A stretch of DNA of 61,892 nt, counting the filler, from Choristocarpus tenellus KU-1152 (taxonomy: Eukaryota; Protista; Phaeophyceae): the NCBI GenBank assembly GCA_964200185.2. It is 13 parts of 13 records of this genome, joined end to end, with 100 filler letters (N's around TTAATTAATTAA, not from the genome) between each part and the next. Parts side by side here need not be neighbours in the genome. Positions count along the whole stretch, not along the records: positions 50,733 to 53,396 come from CAXNAD020025840.1; positions 53,497 to 57,039 come from CAXNAD020019364.1; positions 57,140 to 61,892 come from CAXNAD020013186.1; 10 more parts are not named here. One strand, written 5' to 3'. Shown here piece by piece: positions 50,900-61,892 of the stretch. A program made the translations under genes and the position numbers. Under the pieces are notes generated by a model that was not told the origin of the DNA, made no database searches, and saw only the letters and a program-made list of their open reading frames with translations. Within the stretch, counting starts at the first letter, position 1. Each line of letters starts with the position of its first letter.

Positions 50900-52310
50900 T
50901 TGCTTGAGAACTTGCCTTGGTGGTTTTTGTACCCACATTTCGTTCGACATATAGAGATTAGGGGTGCTGGTTCAAAATCATGTTTACAAAATTCTTCCAG
51001 TTGAGGACGTGACAACATATCTGGTATGTAACGTAAGACCCAAAGTATCTGGGGTGGGGGGGGGAGTCTACACCATAGTGTCCATTTGGACCAAAACCGG
51101 GAAAGTACACTTTCATTATCCATCCGACGTATGGAACCAAATAACCCAAAAATCGAGACATGAAAAAATTGGCCCCAAATGGACAGCCGCCACCCCCCCT
51201 AGATACTTTGAGCCTAATTCTGCCAGGCTTATGAAGGACGGTAAAATAATAAACTTTGCAAAGCTAAGGCCCATCAAGTTAACAGATTGGACGTATCTTG
51301 CACCGTATGCAGAGACCATAAGGCTGAATGGTCACTAATAACTGTGAAATGTTTACCCCAAATAAATGGTCTCCAAAGTTGATTGCCAGAATAGCTGCAA
51401 GGTACTCTTTTTGTGTGGCAGAATATATCCGTTGGGAGGGGGAAAGTAAGGCACTATGGTATGCAATTATATCAAAATTGTCATCATAATTTTTATGTGC
51501 AAAAAACGCCCCTGTTCCAACATTACTGGCATCTACATGAATAAAAAATTCCTTAGAAAAATCAGGAAAGTGTAGCACTGGAGTCCTAGATAAAAGTCGT
51601 TGCATTCGTCAAAAGCAGTCTGCTGTGGTCGATTCCATCTAGATGAGATATCCTTGTGGTCTTTCTTTGATCACTTTACTGACGGGTCATTTTTTTTATT
51701 TCCTTTCTGTGTAGGGCGAATCAATTCAACTAACGATTCTGTTGCTGTTGCTAGGTGAGGAATATATTTCCTAACAAAGTTCATAGAACCCAAAAAAGAT
51801 TGTAAGCCTTTCACAGTTTGAGGAAGATGCATGCGTATCTAATATAGCTTCAATACGAGCCTGGGATACAGCAATTCCTCGTGGGCAAACATCGTGTCCC
51901 AAATAATGGATTTGCTTTGAGCCAAATTGAGCCTTGGATGGCTTTAATGTAACCCTTACATCTTGTAACATTGACAAAACTGTATTGATCAACTGTTTAT
52001 GGTGTGTCCATGATGGAGAGGCCAAAACAATATTGTCTAAATATACCAGCAACCCTGAGCTAGAACCAATACTGGAAAAAGTTTCAGACATAAAGCGTTG
52101 GAAGATCCACAGTGCATTTTGTACTCCAAATGGTAACCTCTGAAACTCGTATTTCCCATCCGGCGTAATGAAGGCGGTTTATTGTCGTTCGCATTCATCA
52201 GTTATTGGTAGTTGCCAATAGACTGATTGGATATCTAAACGAGATAAATATTTTGAACCCTCCAACGTGAATAAACACTCATCCATGGATGGTAAAGGCC
52301 ATGAATTACG
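50900..52310 (-). mobile_element. Ty3/Gypsy RT and RNase H, degenerate, interrupted by a family A MITE
   Basis: WPLPSMDECL, YWQLP, TAFITPDGKYEFQRLPFG, VYLDNIV, YLGH, PVLHFPDFSKEFFIHVDAS, YSATQKE, DHSAL, PDMLSR. Confidence 0.92.
51037..51214 (-). mobile_element. MITE family A, full copy nested in Gypsy RNase H
   Basis: GACCCAAAGTATCT..AGATACTTTGAGCC; TAA on both flanks. Confidence 0.92.
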
Positions 52311-52499
52311 AATTTAATGTGTACTGATTCCGGGGAAACAGAATCAGCAGGGCATCTCTATATTCTCTCATTCTCACTCTCTCTCCTCCTTTGGTTCTAT
52401 GTTACCCTGCAGGGGTTCATGGGAGGAATAATAGAGATTTCTGACAGGCAGCACGTGTATTGATCACCAATAAAAGCCGACAAATCGAACGCTTTTTGC

Positions 52500-53196
52500 G
52501 GTTGTAGATACACATGAGGGAAAGGTCTGATCTATTTTTGAAATTTGGCAACAGGGGAATATGACAAACCCTGTGCTCCAGAACTCATGGGGTAAGTTTG
52601 TGAGAAAACGTATCACGATCAAGGGATCAAGTACCTAGCCTAAGTGAATATGGTCGAGGTAGGGTGGGACAATATACTCATCTTCACATTTAAAGTTTGC
52701 ATAGCCGCTGCCACAAACCTTGGTCATGCAGACTCCCCTCCATCGCCTCATCAACAATCTTCTTAGCGTAGAGGAGTCGGCAATTCATGCACGTCTGGAT
52801 ATCGAACGTCACCACTGCACTGTCTTCACCTTTTTACTCGTGATCTTCTGTCAACACGTTGAACCGGTTCAGGCCCGAATTACAGGCAGGGCCTTCCCTC
52901 AGTCTCTGCTCCGCCATCCCTTCCTGAACTAGCGAGCCACCAGGGGTGCCTTTGTCTACCGATATAGATGCCGGAATCGATCGAGGTTGAGCATTACTGG
53001 CACCCCCCTCATTACCTCCATCAGTTGTCGTGCTTAAGGTTGCCTTCTTCCCTTTCCTTGTACCCGACTTCTCCTTGCTGTTGGCATTAGATGTGGCCGT
53101 AGGTGTGGGAGTGGTAATGTCAGACATAATGTGGCGTGAGTTAGCTCCCTTGAATACTCGGCGTGAGTACCACTGTGGAAGTGTCGAAGGTGTCAA
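52500..53196 (-). mobile_element. Possible LINE ORF1 5' remnant
   Basis: Low-complexity ORF with NRFNVL, a motif common in LINE ORF1, followed by broken frames. Confidence 0.3.
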
Positions 53197-53496
53197 GTTC
53201 TTTGCTCAAGGTGGTAATATCAATCACCGGAGTGAACTCTTCCACCTCAGAGGGTGAGACCGCGTTTCAAAGGTCTTGGCCTAACATCGAAAAGGCAGTT
53301 GAGGGAATCTAGAACAGAACAAAAACCTCAAACACAACAGATGTCCCAGAATGACTGAGCAACTTCACCGCAAAGAAATGAATCAGTCAGAATCGGNNNN
53401 NNNNNNNNNNNNNNNNNNNNNNNNNNNNNNNNNNNNNNNNTTAATTAATTAANNNNNNNNNNNNNNNNNNNNNNNNNNNNNNNNNNNNNNNNNNNN

Positions 53497-53680
53497 CCCA
53501 AAGGATGTGGGGGGGGGGGGGGGGGGGGGTCTACACTAGGGTGTCCATTTGGGCGATAACCAGGAAAAGTGCATTTTCATTGTCCATCCGATGTATGCAA
53601 CCAAATCACACAAAAATCGCGATATGGAAAATATTGAGATCAAATGGGCAGCTGCCACCCCCTCCCAGATACTTTGAACC
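53497..53680 (-). mobile_element. MITE family A at contig start
   Basis: Body matches 46664-46841; ends AGATACTTTGAACC. Confidence 0.88.
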
Positions 53681-54202
53681 TCATAGAAAATTATTGCATC
53701 TACTGTGAACACTCTTATCTGTTCAACATTTGCACTCCACAAACATCTGTGCAAATTTCGAGTTCTTTCCAGAAGTTTACTCATATGGTACACTCTTCTA
53801 GCCCAATGAGAATCAATGTAAGATTGGGAAGGTGGCTTGGTTAGTGATGCTACTGCCCATGGCTAGCAACTTTGTTAAAATAATGTATTGCTGAAGAGCT
53901 CACCTTGAACATTTCCATACAGTTTGATGAAAACCTGCCTAATCCTCATTTGTTAGGGGACATAGTTGAAAAGGTGAGCATAGAGATGGTGGTGAAGGTT
54001 TAAGGCTACAGCTATGAACTTAAATTTTAATATACTCCAGTATTTCGGACTCTTTTGTACCAGAAGGTGTTCGATCTATTCAATCTTGAATGAGTCTCTA
54101 CTCCTTGTGTTGTGTGCTTGATGCCACCGTACATATATGTAGCATGCCTAGCTTCTATATTGTCAATTGTGCATTCTCTGTTCACAATTTCCTTTGCCAC
54201 AG

Positions 54203-55793
54203 GTTCGCTTCCTTGATGACAACACACGGATCGTGTGGCAACCTGTGACAGGGGGTGCAAATGTTCCGGCCATTAATGACCTGCTGAAGCGTTTTGGTAT
54301 GGCCTTAGGCGGAAAGGTGTTTGACGACATTATTCACCTACCAGGAACTAAGGTAAGTCGTGAATAGCAAATAACTCACCTTCTCTCCTCAAGGACTATG
54401 ACCTTTAACACAAAGTACATCTCGGAGCTTCTAGGCATTCAACATGCTGCCAGAAAGGACATTTTCCATTTTCTTCCTGCAACTGCCCTTTGATCCCTGC
54501 ATGCCAGTGTTCAGTCTGTTCAACTCTTCAAGTACAATGCCGCTCACATTTCATACATATAATTGTCCTTGACAGGTGCACATGGCATCTGGCAATGCAA
54601 TAGCAAGGATGCCCAAGGGGAGCCTTGTTGTCTCTTCTCCTCAACTGCGTGCTCCCACCTTTGCAGGTGCTCCTGACCCTTCTCGTTGGCCTCCACATCT
54701 TCATACAGATGTGGCTGTGGTTGGGGTTCTGGACACCAACATTCTTCCTTCTCTCTCAAGAAGGGAGAAAGAGGAATCGCATATCAACAAAGCTGTGCAC
54801 GGTGCCACCCCAGTGTTTGTTGAACCTGATGGCACACATGTATCAGGACCAAGGCAATTTAATATTTTCGGTGAAGAGGCAGTAACTGCTACAGTGCCCC
54901 ACCAACTGAGCTCAAACACAACAAGGTTGCGAGGTAAACCAAGAGCTGAAATAGATATTTTTGAGAAAGCACAACGGGCAGAGTTGGAACCTGGAGCCGA
55001 GTCAATGGGCAAAGAAGTCCCAGAACTAGGTGCTGCTGATCTGGGAGGACGTGTGTTCCTTTTTGGAGACTCAAGCTGTGCAGACGATGCTGCGCGTGCT
55101 TTTGTCAAAGGCAAGAACTGCATGAGCATGTTCTTTGCAGCAGTGGAGTATGCGTGTCAGGTATGACACTTTTGTGCTGTGCGAACAATCCTATTGCTCC
55201 CTTGCAATGTAACTTCTCCTTCTCGGAACAGGTTTGTAGTGTTACCAGCAATCATGAAACAGAAATACCACACCTAGTCACGCCAGAAAATGCTGAAGAG
55301 AAGTCATGTCATTGCTGTGTTTGGTGCATCGAGTCTTGCGGCAGGCTGGTATATAGCGTATCCACCTGTTGCAGGAGCCTAATCTTTAGTCATGATACAT
55401 TTCCAAGGTTTGGATTAAAGTATCCATATAGTGAATCATACCTTTCACCTGTTTACTTTGAGATAGGACCACTTTGCTTAATCTGCGACTCTGTTTTATT
55501 TGTGCTTGGTGCTGATGACCTCCTTCCTATCATTTTTGCAGGGCCACTTTGACAAGGATTTGTTAGGTGTTGCAAAGGTCATCACCAGAGATGAGGGCTA
55601 CACAGATGGCAACCCTCTACCGGAGAGGGTTAAGGGCAATGAACTATTTGAATACTCCCGAGTTCTTAGCGAGTCATTAGAGAGTCAGGAAAAAAGGGCA
55701 GGTAACTGCGGTCAGGTCAGGTGGAAGACTGTCCCAGTTGTACTTGGTGTAGGAGTAGATGATGCATCTTTTGCCAACCCATACACAATTTGA
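54203..55793 (+). CDS. MBTPS1: Site-1 protease (SKI-1/S1P subtilase), C-terminal exons 54203-54352, 54576-55160, 55542-55793; 5'-partial
   Basis: VRFLDDNTRIVWQPVTGGANVPAINDLL, MASGNAIARMP, GGRVFLFGDSSCADD and PERVKGNELFEYSRVL match S1P motifs ([54 protein letters not shown]); phase-0 GT-AG introns. Confidence 0.92.
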
Positions 55794-58700
55794 TTTATTT
55801 TTGACGTACTGATGGCATTATTGTATGTATGCGTACCCTCAGTCTGGTATATGTTAGTTGTTGTCAGTACTAGTAGTATATGCAAGCGGCTATTTTAGAA
55901 GAAGTGATAATGTTGCATCATTTATTTTGTTTTCATTTTGGTAATGTCAGGGTTCGCAGCCCAAGTCCTTTTCCTGGAATTCCTCATCTGAAATATTAAG
56001 AGGTCACTCTTCCCTAAATCAAATGAAGCACTGGAGGAACTACGTTTTAGAGCCCTCACCCATTATGTTTTTACTGTTAGAAGACCTTTGGGAGAGAGGG
56101 AGGATTAGAAGGAACCTCATATCATACAGCATGCCACAAGAAGAGGGTCAGGGGTACTTATTTATAGAACATGTGGTTGTTATTCAGTAGGAATCACCTT
56201 CACGTCTCACACTTGAACCAGGAATACTGCACATTGAAATCCATCAACGCTCTGAACCTCCTGCAGTGTAGCCTAGGTGTGGCAATGAACTTATCATGCA
56301 CACAAATGCCTATGAATCTATACTTGAGCGCTCTGCAGTATCTCTTGAAGTGTAATGCAATTCATTTTTTACCTGTTGATGCAACACTTACTAAATGTAA
56401 ACACCGTAGAGCTCAATAAAGTCGTAAAACTGTAGAAAAAACATGTAGGTTACTAAATTCCAATAGATGAGCGCTGCATCTAGAGTACATGGTATGCCTA
56501 CTTGTAACTTGAAACTCACGGCTCTTGCACATTCCTTGTGTGCCCTACTAAGGTTCGATGGAGAATCAGTCCTATGAAGTAGTTTGAATGCACCTGTTTA
56601 TTTCCCCATCCATCAATTGCTCACCCCCTTAAAATGTCTCCATAGACTTGGCATACTATAACTTTCGAACCAGGAAGAGTTAGATCTTCAGAAGCCCCTC
56701 AAAATGACTGCTTCATACCCAAATTTCTGCCTTGAAAAATATGGTGCCATCACTTAGTATTAAGGTTCCATCATTTTTCCAGTCAAGAATAGTTGTAGAA
56801 ATTCATGTCTGGCTCGTACCATGTGTGTATTGATCAGTGTCTCAACTCTCAATTATTCCTCTTCTTTGGAAGGGTTGACCACTCACAAGATGCGACTTCC
56901 TACACTCTATCTGCTACTCCTTGGCAGTCATGCCACTTACCTTACGTGTTGGACTACTATGCAAGGTGCGCATTTCATACTGTGGATACCCAAAATATTG
57001 CACATACCCCAGATACTGACCCAAAGTATCTGGGAGGGGNNNNNNNNNNNNNNNNNNNNNNNNNNNNNNNNNNNNNNNNNNNNTTAATTAATTAANNNNN
57101 NNNNNNNNNNNNNNNNNNNNNNNNNNNNNNNNNNNNNNNAACAGGAAAGGAGACCAGGGTCCCCCTCAAACCCCACATTGATTGTTCCAAATGGGGGGGG
57201 GGGGGGGGGGAGGGGAATCTTCATTGACTTGTGGACTATTTTGGAGCCTGCCTGTTTTTGTTCCACACAAGGTCTTGTTCATATTGTAGTCCTATGAAAC
57301 AAACATGGCAATCTACATAGGCCACTTACCCCCCCATCCCCAAACTGTCAACATGCTTTTTCGTGCTGGGGGTACCACTGCATTTGAGGCAGCCTTCTAC
57401 GGTACTATAAACAAGGGATACCTCATTTTCCCCCACAAAAACAACTGGAAGTGCCTTGCCTCATAGGGCTTTTGTTGCTTTCTCAAGCACATCATAGGCG
57501 TTCGTTGTTGAACCTTTCAAGCCAGTTCCCTACCCACAGAAATGTATACTCCCAAAATGTTGCTGACTCAACCCTGACCCTAAGCATCAGGTTGATGATA
57601 TAGGAAGACGCTGCAGACACAATGCGTCATCTTATAAGATGAGTGTGGCTTACTGGCTAATGCACTTGCTCTGAAATTTCCATTTTCATCACTATAGTCA
57701 CACATACCTTAGCTCTCTTAACCTCCTCCACACCATATTTTTTGCCCCAGATGCCTCCAGATCGACCTCTTACCAACCTTCTCGAAGATTAGAAATTTGA
57801 AGTCGCTCTTACCAACCTTCTTGAAATCCATTTTGACCATACCATTCAAGCACAAGCATCGGTCCCCATAACCCTCTTCCAGACCCCATTTCAAGAATGA
57901 TTCAGACTAAAGATTCAAATCGTACAAAATGTCTCACTATTTATACTGAATTTCTGCATTGAATACTCCAGTATATTAGTGTTCTTGGGCTATTGGGTGG
58001 CACAAAAACAGAAGAGAAATCCTACTCAGCACAGAGAAAACTCAACAAAAAGATACTGTGTTCAGGGCTGTAGGAAGCACACACACATCTTGAGCCTTTG
58101 CTCGTAATGGTGTCATTCTGTTGTTACGGTGACTGGTGCATTGAATATGTGAAGACTCTTCTACATGCTAAATGGTCAACAAAACTTCATCTTCCTATTC
58201 CAAAAAATGTCAATGCTATAAAATCTACAAAATTATCATCTTTCCATAAAGACCACACTCAGGGATGCCAAAACCTGTTTCTGTTAATGAAAACCTCATC
58301 TACCACTAAATTAATTCTCTTCTCTTTGTTGAAGATTTCAAAGAGTTAAGAAATATTTAAAGAACTCTGCTCACATATGTTTCATTGTTGATGCTCCAGA
58401 TCAACATTGAATCATTTTCAAGTGTGCTACAGTGTGCATTTTCATTAATATTGAATGCAAGCTATATATATGCTGAGAGAGTTGCCCATCCACATCATAC
58501 TCAAGATCACTGTGGTGTGAAACAATATCCTCAATGCTGGGGGTAGGGGTAGGCAGTGACACAGGTGTACGATTAGGGTAAAAAAAACGTGAAGAGATTA
58601 CGGTGGTCTGGCTTCAGTTATTGTCGCGAGTACGGAGACTAGGAATTTCTAATCTTCGTGATTGAATGGGACGATATTCTTTCCAGCACAAAGGAAAAGA

Positions 58701-59929
58701 ACTCCATCTCGCTCCCAAAACATACCCTAGCATTCGTTGGTATAGTGAACTAGGTGAAAAACAAAGGAGGGGGAGCTGCATACATCCCTCGCACCTCGAC
58801 CTGTACTTACCCTGATCGTATATCAAAGTCTGTCACCAGGTTTGTCACAAGGGTATTGGTCCTCCCTGGAAAACAGGCACGGATCAGAAAATGCTGCTAT
58901 CGAGATAAATTTGGTGAGAAATTAGAATGGATGCTGAAGCCCATTCAAACCTAGAAGTGGGATTATGGGGCTAATTCTCCCTCTCTCTCTCTCTCTCTTT
59001 CTTAAACCGAAAATACCAAAGGACTGTATAAGGGCCGAGTTTCATTGCTAGGGATAGGGTCGAGGTTTCAACTGGTTCACGAAGCAGGGAATACATGGCA
59101 ATGATTTGGGCATGTTATGGGTGGTGACATAGGAGTTTCTGTGCCCTGAGGCAAAAGTCCCTTCCCCTTCTCGATGGGCCCCGACTTTACATATCTTGCG
59201 CAAAGCCCCCTCGTGGTGGAAATTCGAGGGATTAAACCACGCATCTAGCGATATCGAAGTGCTTGGGAGAGCAGGGGTGACCTATTTCTCTCTCCCTCTC
59301 TCTCTCCCTCTCTCTTGACTCTCTCACCCTGCTCATCCTTCGTTGATCCTTGGTACCCAACTTGCTCAAATCGTATACGGGTGGTGGTTTACGCCTCTCA
59401 CGGCTACCACGACGCATTCCAGCTTCATTTTCCATAGTCGTCGATAATATAGCCCCTCTTTGTCAGGTAGGAAACGTTCGTCCTTGGTTGTGTATCAGCA
59501 CTTTGTCTAGTAGTAGTGATGGGTGTGGTGAAGTGGTGCGAATTTGAAAAATCAAAAATCAAATATGTTGGGGTCGCGCCATCTCTTGTAGTTGCGGAAT
59601 TGATACGGGACAATACTGTTAATATCAGTTTGAATTTGACTCCAACACCTTGAAACATCAATCCTCGAATTCATTGTCACAACAACAGGTTGTGTTGTGC
59701 ATCGCCTTCCTCAATATCCCAACGTCCCCAAATGGTTGTGTGACGGGAGCTGTATTGGGAAGTAACTTAGTACGTTGACCAAGATTGCTCCCAATCTTGA
59801 CAAGAAATTTGACCATGTTCTATTTCTGTGTGTAAGGGAGACCAAGAAACAATCTTATGTGACAATCTTCCCAAGAAAAGAAAATTGCCCCAGGATTGCT
59901 CCCTCATAGGAGATGGCCTAATAGACACA

Positions 59930-61440
59930 TAAACAGAAAAAGCAAACCACGTACCCCTATTGACGTGTTTTATCGATATACAGAGAGTATATGAATCTGC
60001 TCGTGATTTCCTGTGGGTTGTGGTGCCCAAATTTGGCATTCCTCCGAAGAATATTTCGCCAATTCTATGATGGTATGAGAGTATGTATTCGCATGGACGA
60101 TGGTTAGCACGCAGACTACTGTTTGAGGTTGGAGAGGGTATTCAACAAGGCTGTGTTCTTGCTCCTATCCTATTCGACGTCTTCTTCGCTGGAGTGCTGA
60201 CTGCAGCAGTCAAGGAGTCCATGATTCAGAACGCTGGGAGATATTTTTGCAAATACTTCGTAGTGTAACCAAGTGCTTCATGAAAGGGTAGCAAGTATTT
60301 CTCGCTTGAGCTTAAGATTCGAATGCTCAAAGCTGAAGTACGTGAAGTTATGTTGTATGGTTGTTTGATGTGGACACTCCAAGAGCATTTTCTGAAGCTC
60401 CGTTCTCATCACCACAAATTCCTCCACTGGTATAGAGATTTCCATAAACTGGAACGCACGGATCAAATCTTTCCCTACGAATATAATCTTGTAAAGACTG
60501 GGAGTGAGATTATCAAGGTAAAGGCGCGCACATGGAGGCTCCTATTTGCTGAGTAAGTTGGTCGCGTGGGGGATGAGCGACTTCCTAAGGTATAAAGTGT
60601 TTGGGGAGCTTGCAACTGGAAAACGGAAGCAAGGTGCGCAGGAGAAAGCTGAGAGCTAAACTATCTTAGAGGGTAGAGCCGCGTCCATTTGGGGCCCAAA
60701 ATCCAATGTTGCGATTTTGATGTAATATTGGCTATTGTGTTTGTTAGGAAGTGTCAGTATCCTTGTTCCGGACACACCTTTTCGTAATGTACACATTTTA
60801 CCTACTCCGAAACATTTTGGAGTAGTAAAATTTCATAAAAGAACCCATGGGAACCCAAGCCCCAAATGGACAAACCAGGCAAAACTCGTACCCTCTAAGA
60901 TACTTTCTCTGATTGATATGCCTCCACGGCAACCTTGCCAAGTCTGTGCTTGGAGTTAAGGGTCATAGCACGAAGGTCACGAACAAACAGGAGTGGCATG
61001 AGTGTGTGGCCAACTGCACAATGAGGTTCATGGTAGAATGGTATTCAAAGGGAGTTGTGATAGGTAATGCACATCACACCAAAGCAGGAGGAAAGGTCAC
61101 CCAAGCCACCTACACTGCCATTATCATTGTCTGCTGAATGCTGTTTTCTTCTTGGACTGATTTCTTTCTTAGGGTTAGGTTATCTTCCATCCTTTGTCCA
61201 TTTTCCTTCTTCTCTTTCCCTTATGTAATTCTTGAGAGATGGGTTTTTTCTCTCCTGGGTTCAGTTCTTTTTTCTTTTCATATCTTTGTGTTATTTTTCT
61301 CACTCTTCCACTGGTTTGCTTTTCCGTTATTGTCCTTGTTCCCTCTCTCAATCGGCGCGTATTGCGTTCTCTGGACTGCCTTTTACGACCATGAGTCTGG
61401 GATCTCTAAGATTAGGTGATGCTAATAGCAATAGTGATAG
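59930..61440 (+). mobile_element. RTE-like LINE remnant (RT with internal deletion, C-terminus, 3' UTR), interrupted by a family B MITE
   Basis: CFIDIQRVYES, KFGIPPK, RQFYDGMR, GIQQGCVLAPILFDVFF, MLKAEVREVMLYGC, DERLPK..FGEL. Confidence 0.88.
60653..60908 (-). mobile_element. MITE family B nested in the RTE-like LINE
   Basis: Body matches other B copies; CTGA on both flanks; right end slightly deleted. Confidence 0.88.
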
Positions 61441-61812
61441 TGGGAACAGAAGGGCATGAGGAAACCATTTGTTTGAGGGCTAAAGTGAGAGGGCGAGTTG
61501 TTGTGCTCTGATTGGACAGAAGTGTCACCTTTATGAGCGATGAGCTTCAGCAACTATTGATTATGGATGTATTACGTCCTTGTTAGGTGCTATTGCTAAA
61601 GGCGTTGAGCCTTGCTGATTTCTCAATACTTGGTTTCGAAGGGCTACAGTTGAATCCATGATGTAATCTAACAAGGATCAATCAGAGTCTGCACTGTGGA
61701 GACTCATTCTTTGGTGGGTCTTTGTCCGACTTTCATTGCCAGGTAGGGATTCATCGCATTTGGCATCATTGGCGAGAATCATGAACTGTTCGGTTGGTTC
61801 CTTTATTTGGTT

Positions 61813-61892
61813 GGCTTAGCATATCTGGAGGGGGGTGGCGGCTGTCCACTTGGGGCCAATTATTTCATGTCACGATTTTTTGGGTGATTTGG
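61813..61892 (+). mobile_element. MITE family A, partial at window end
   Basis: TATCTGGAGGGGGGTGGCGGCTGTCCACTTGGGGCC; terminal stubs of the family also at 6632-6649, 19579-19599, 50733-50753 and 57018-57039. Confidence 0.8.

Noticed and set aside
3337-57139. Regularly recurring TTAATTAATTAA palindrome and ORFs ending in X..LIN
   Set aside because: Artificial linker between N runs; not biological
58812-59435. Two minus-strand exon candidates (MENEAG..RMSR and 58866-58812)
   Set aside because: Splice phases do not match and no homology recognised
7129-61892. Dispersed near-identical repeats as a CRISPR-like array
   Set aside because: Copies are 180-260 bp, dispersed, with TIRs and TSDs; no repeat-spacer periodicity and no cas genes
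1-61892. Fanzor/TnpB, intact transposase or giant-virus core genes
   Set aside because: No RuvC, intact DDE or viral hallmark motifs seen; all retroelement ORFs are broken

Overview
This is not one locus. It is 13 short eukaryotic contigs joined by an artificial linker (44 N + TTAATTAATTAA + 44 N): 1-3336, 3437-6531, 6632-13924, 14025-19599, 19700-22876, 22977-30807, 30908-37889, 37990-40703, 40804-46318, 46419-50632, 50733-53396, 53497-57039 and 57140-61892. Adjacency across linkers is meaningless. The DNA is intron-rich and transposon-rich. The transposon types and gene content suggest a stramenopile, probably a brown alga (inference only). Recognisable host gene pieces are two DNA-PKcs exons, three C-terminal exons of site-1 protease (MBTPS1/SKI-1) and a CFAP58-like N-terminus. 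Unrecognised genes include an intronless GPI-type protein with two 10-Cys domains and a secreted protein with Cys/PRP repeats. Mobile DNA includes decayed Copia, Gypsy, RTE-like and CRE-like retroelements, a Harbinger-type fragment, a tRNA-derived SINE and several MITE families. Two abundant MITE families share terminal motifs, and one shows Sola2-like GAG..CTC ends with 4-bp target duplications. The most interesting signals are CRE-like 3' tails repeatedly lying inside one hairpin-ended repeat family, a SINE with a predicted four-way-junction tail, a 208-bp inverted duplication of an exon end, and the two Cys-repeat proteins. I see no intact autonomous element, CRISPR array or rRNA. All homology calls are from motif recognition by eye, not database searches.
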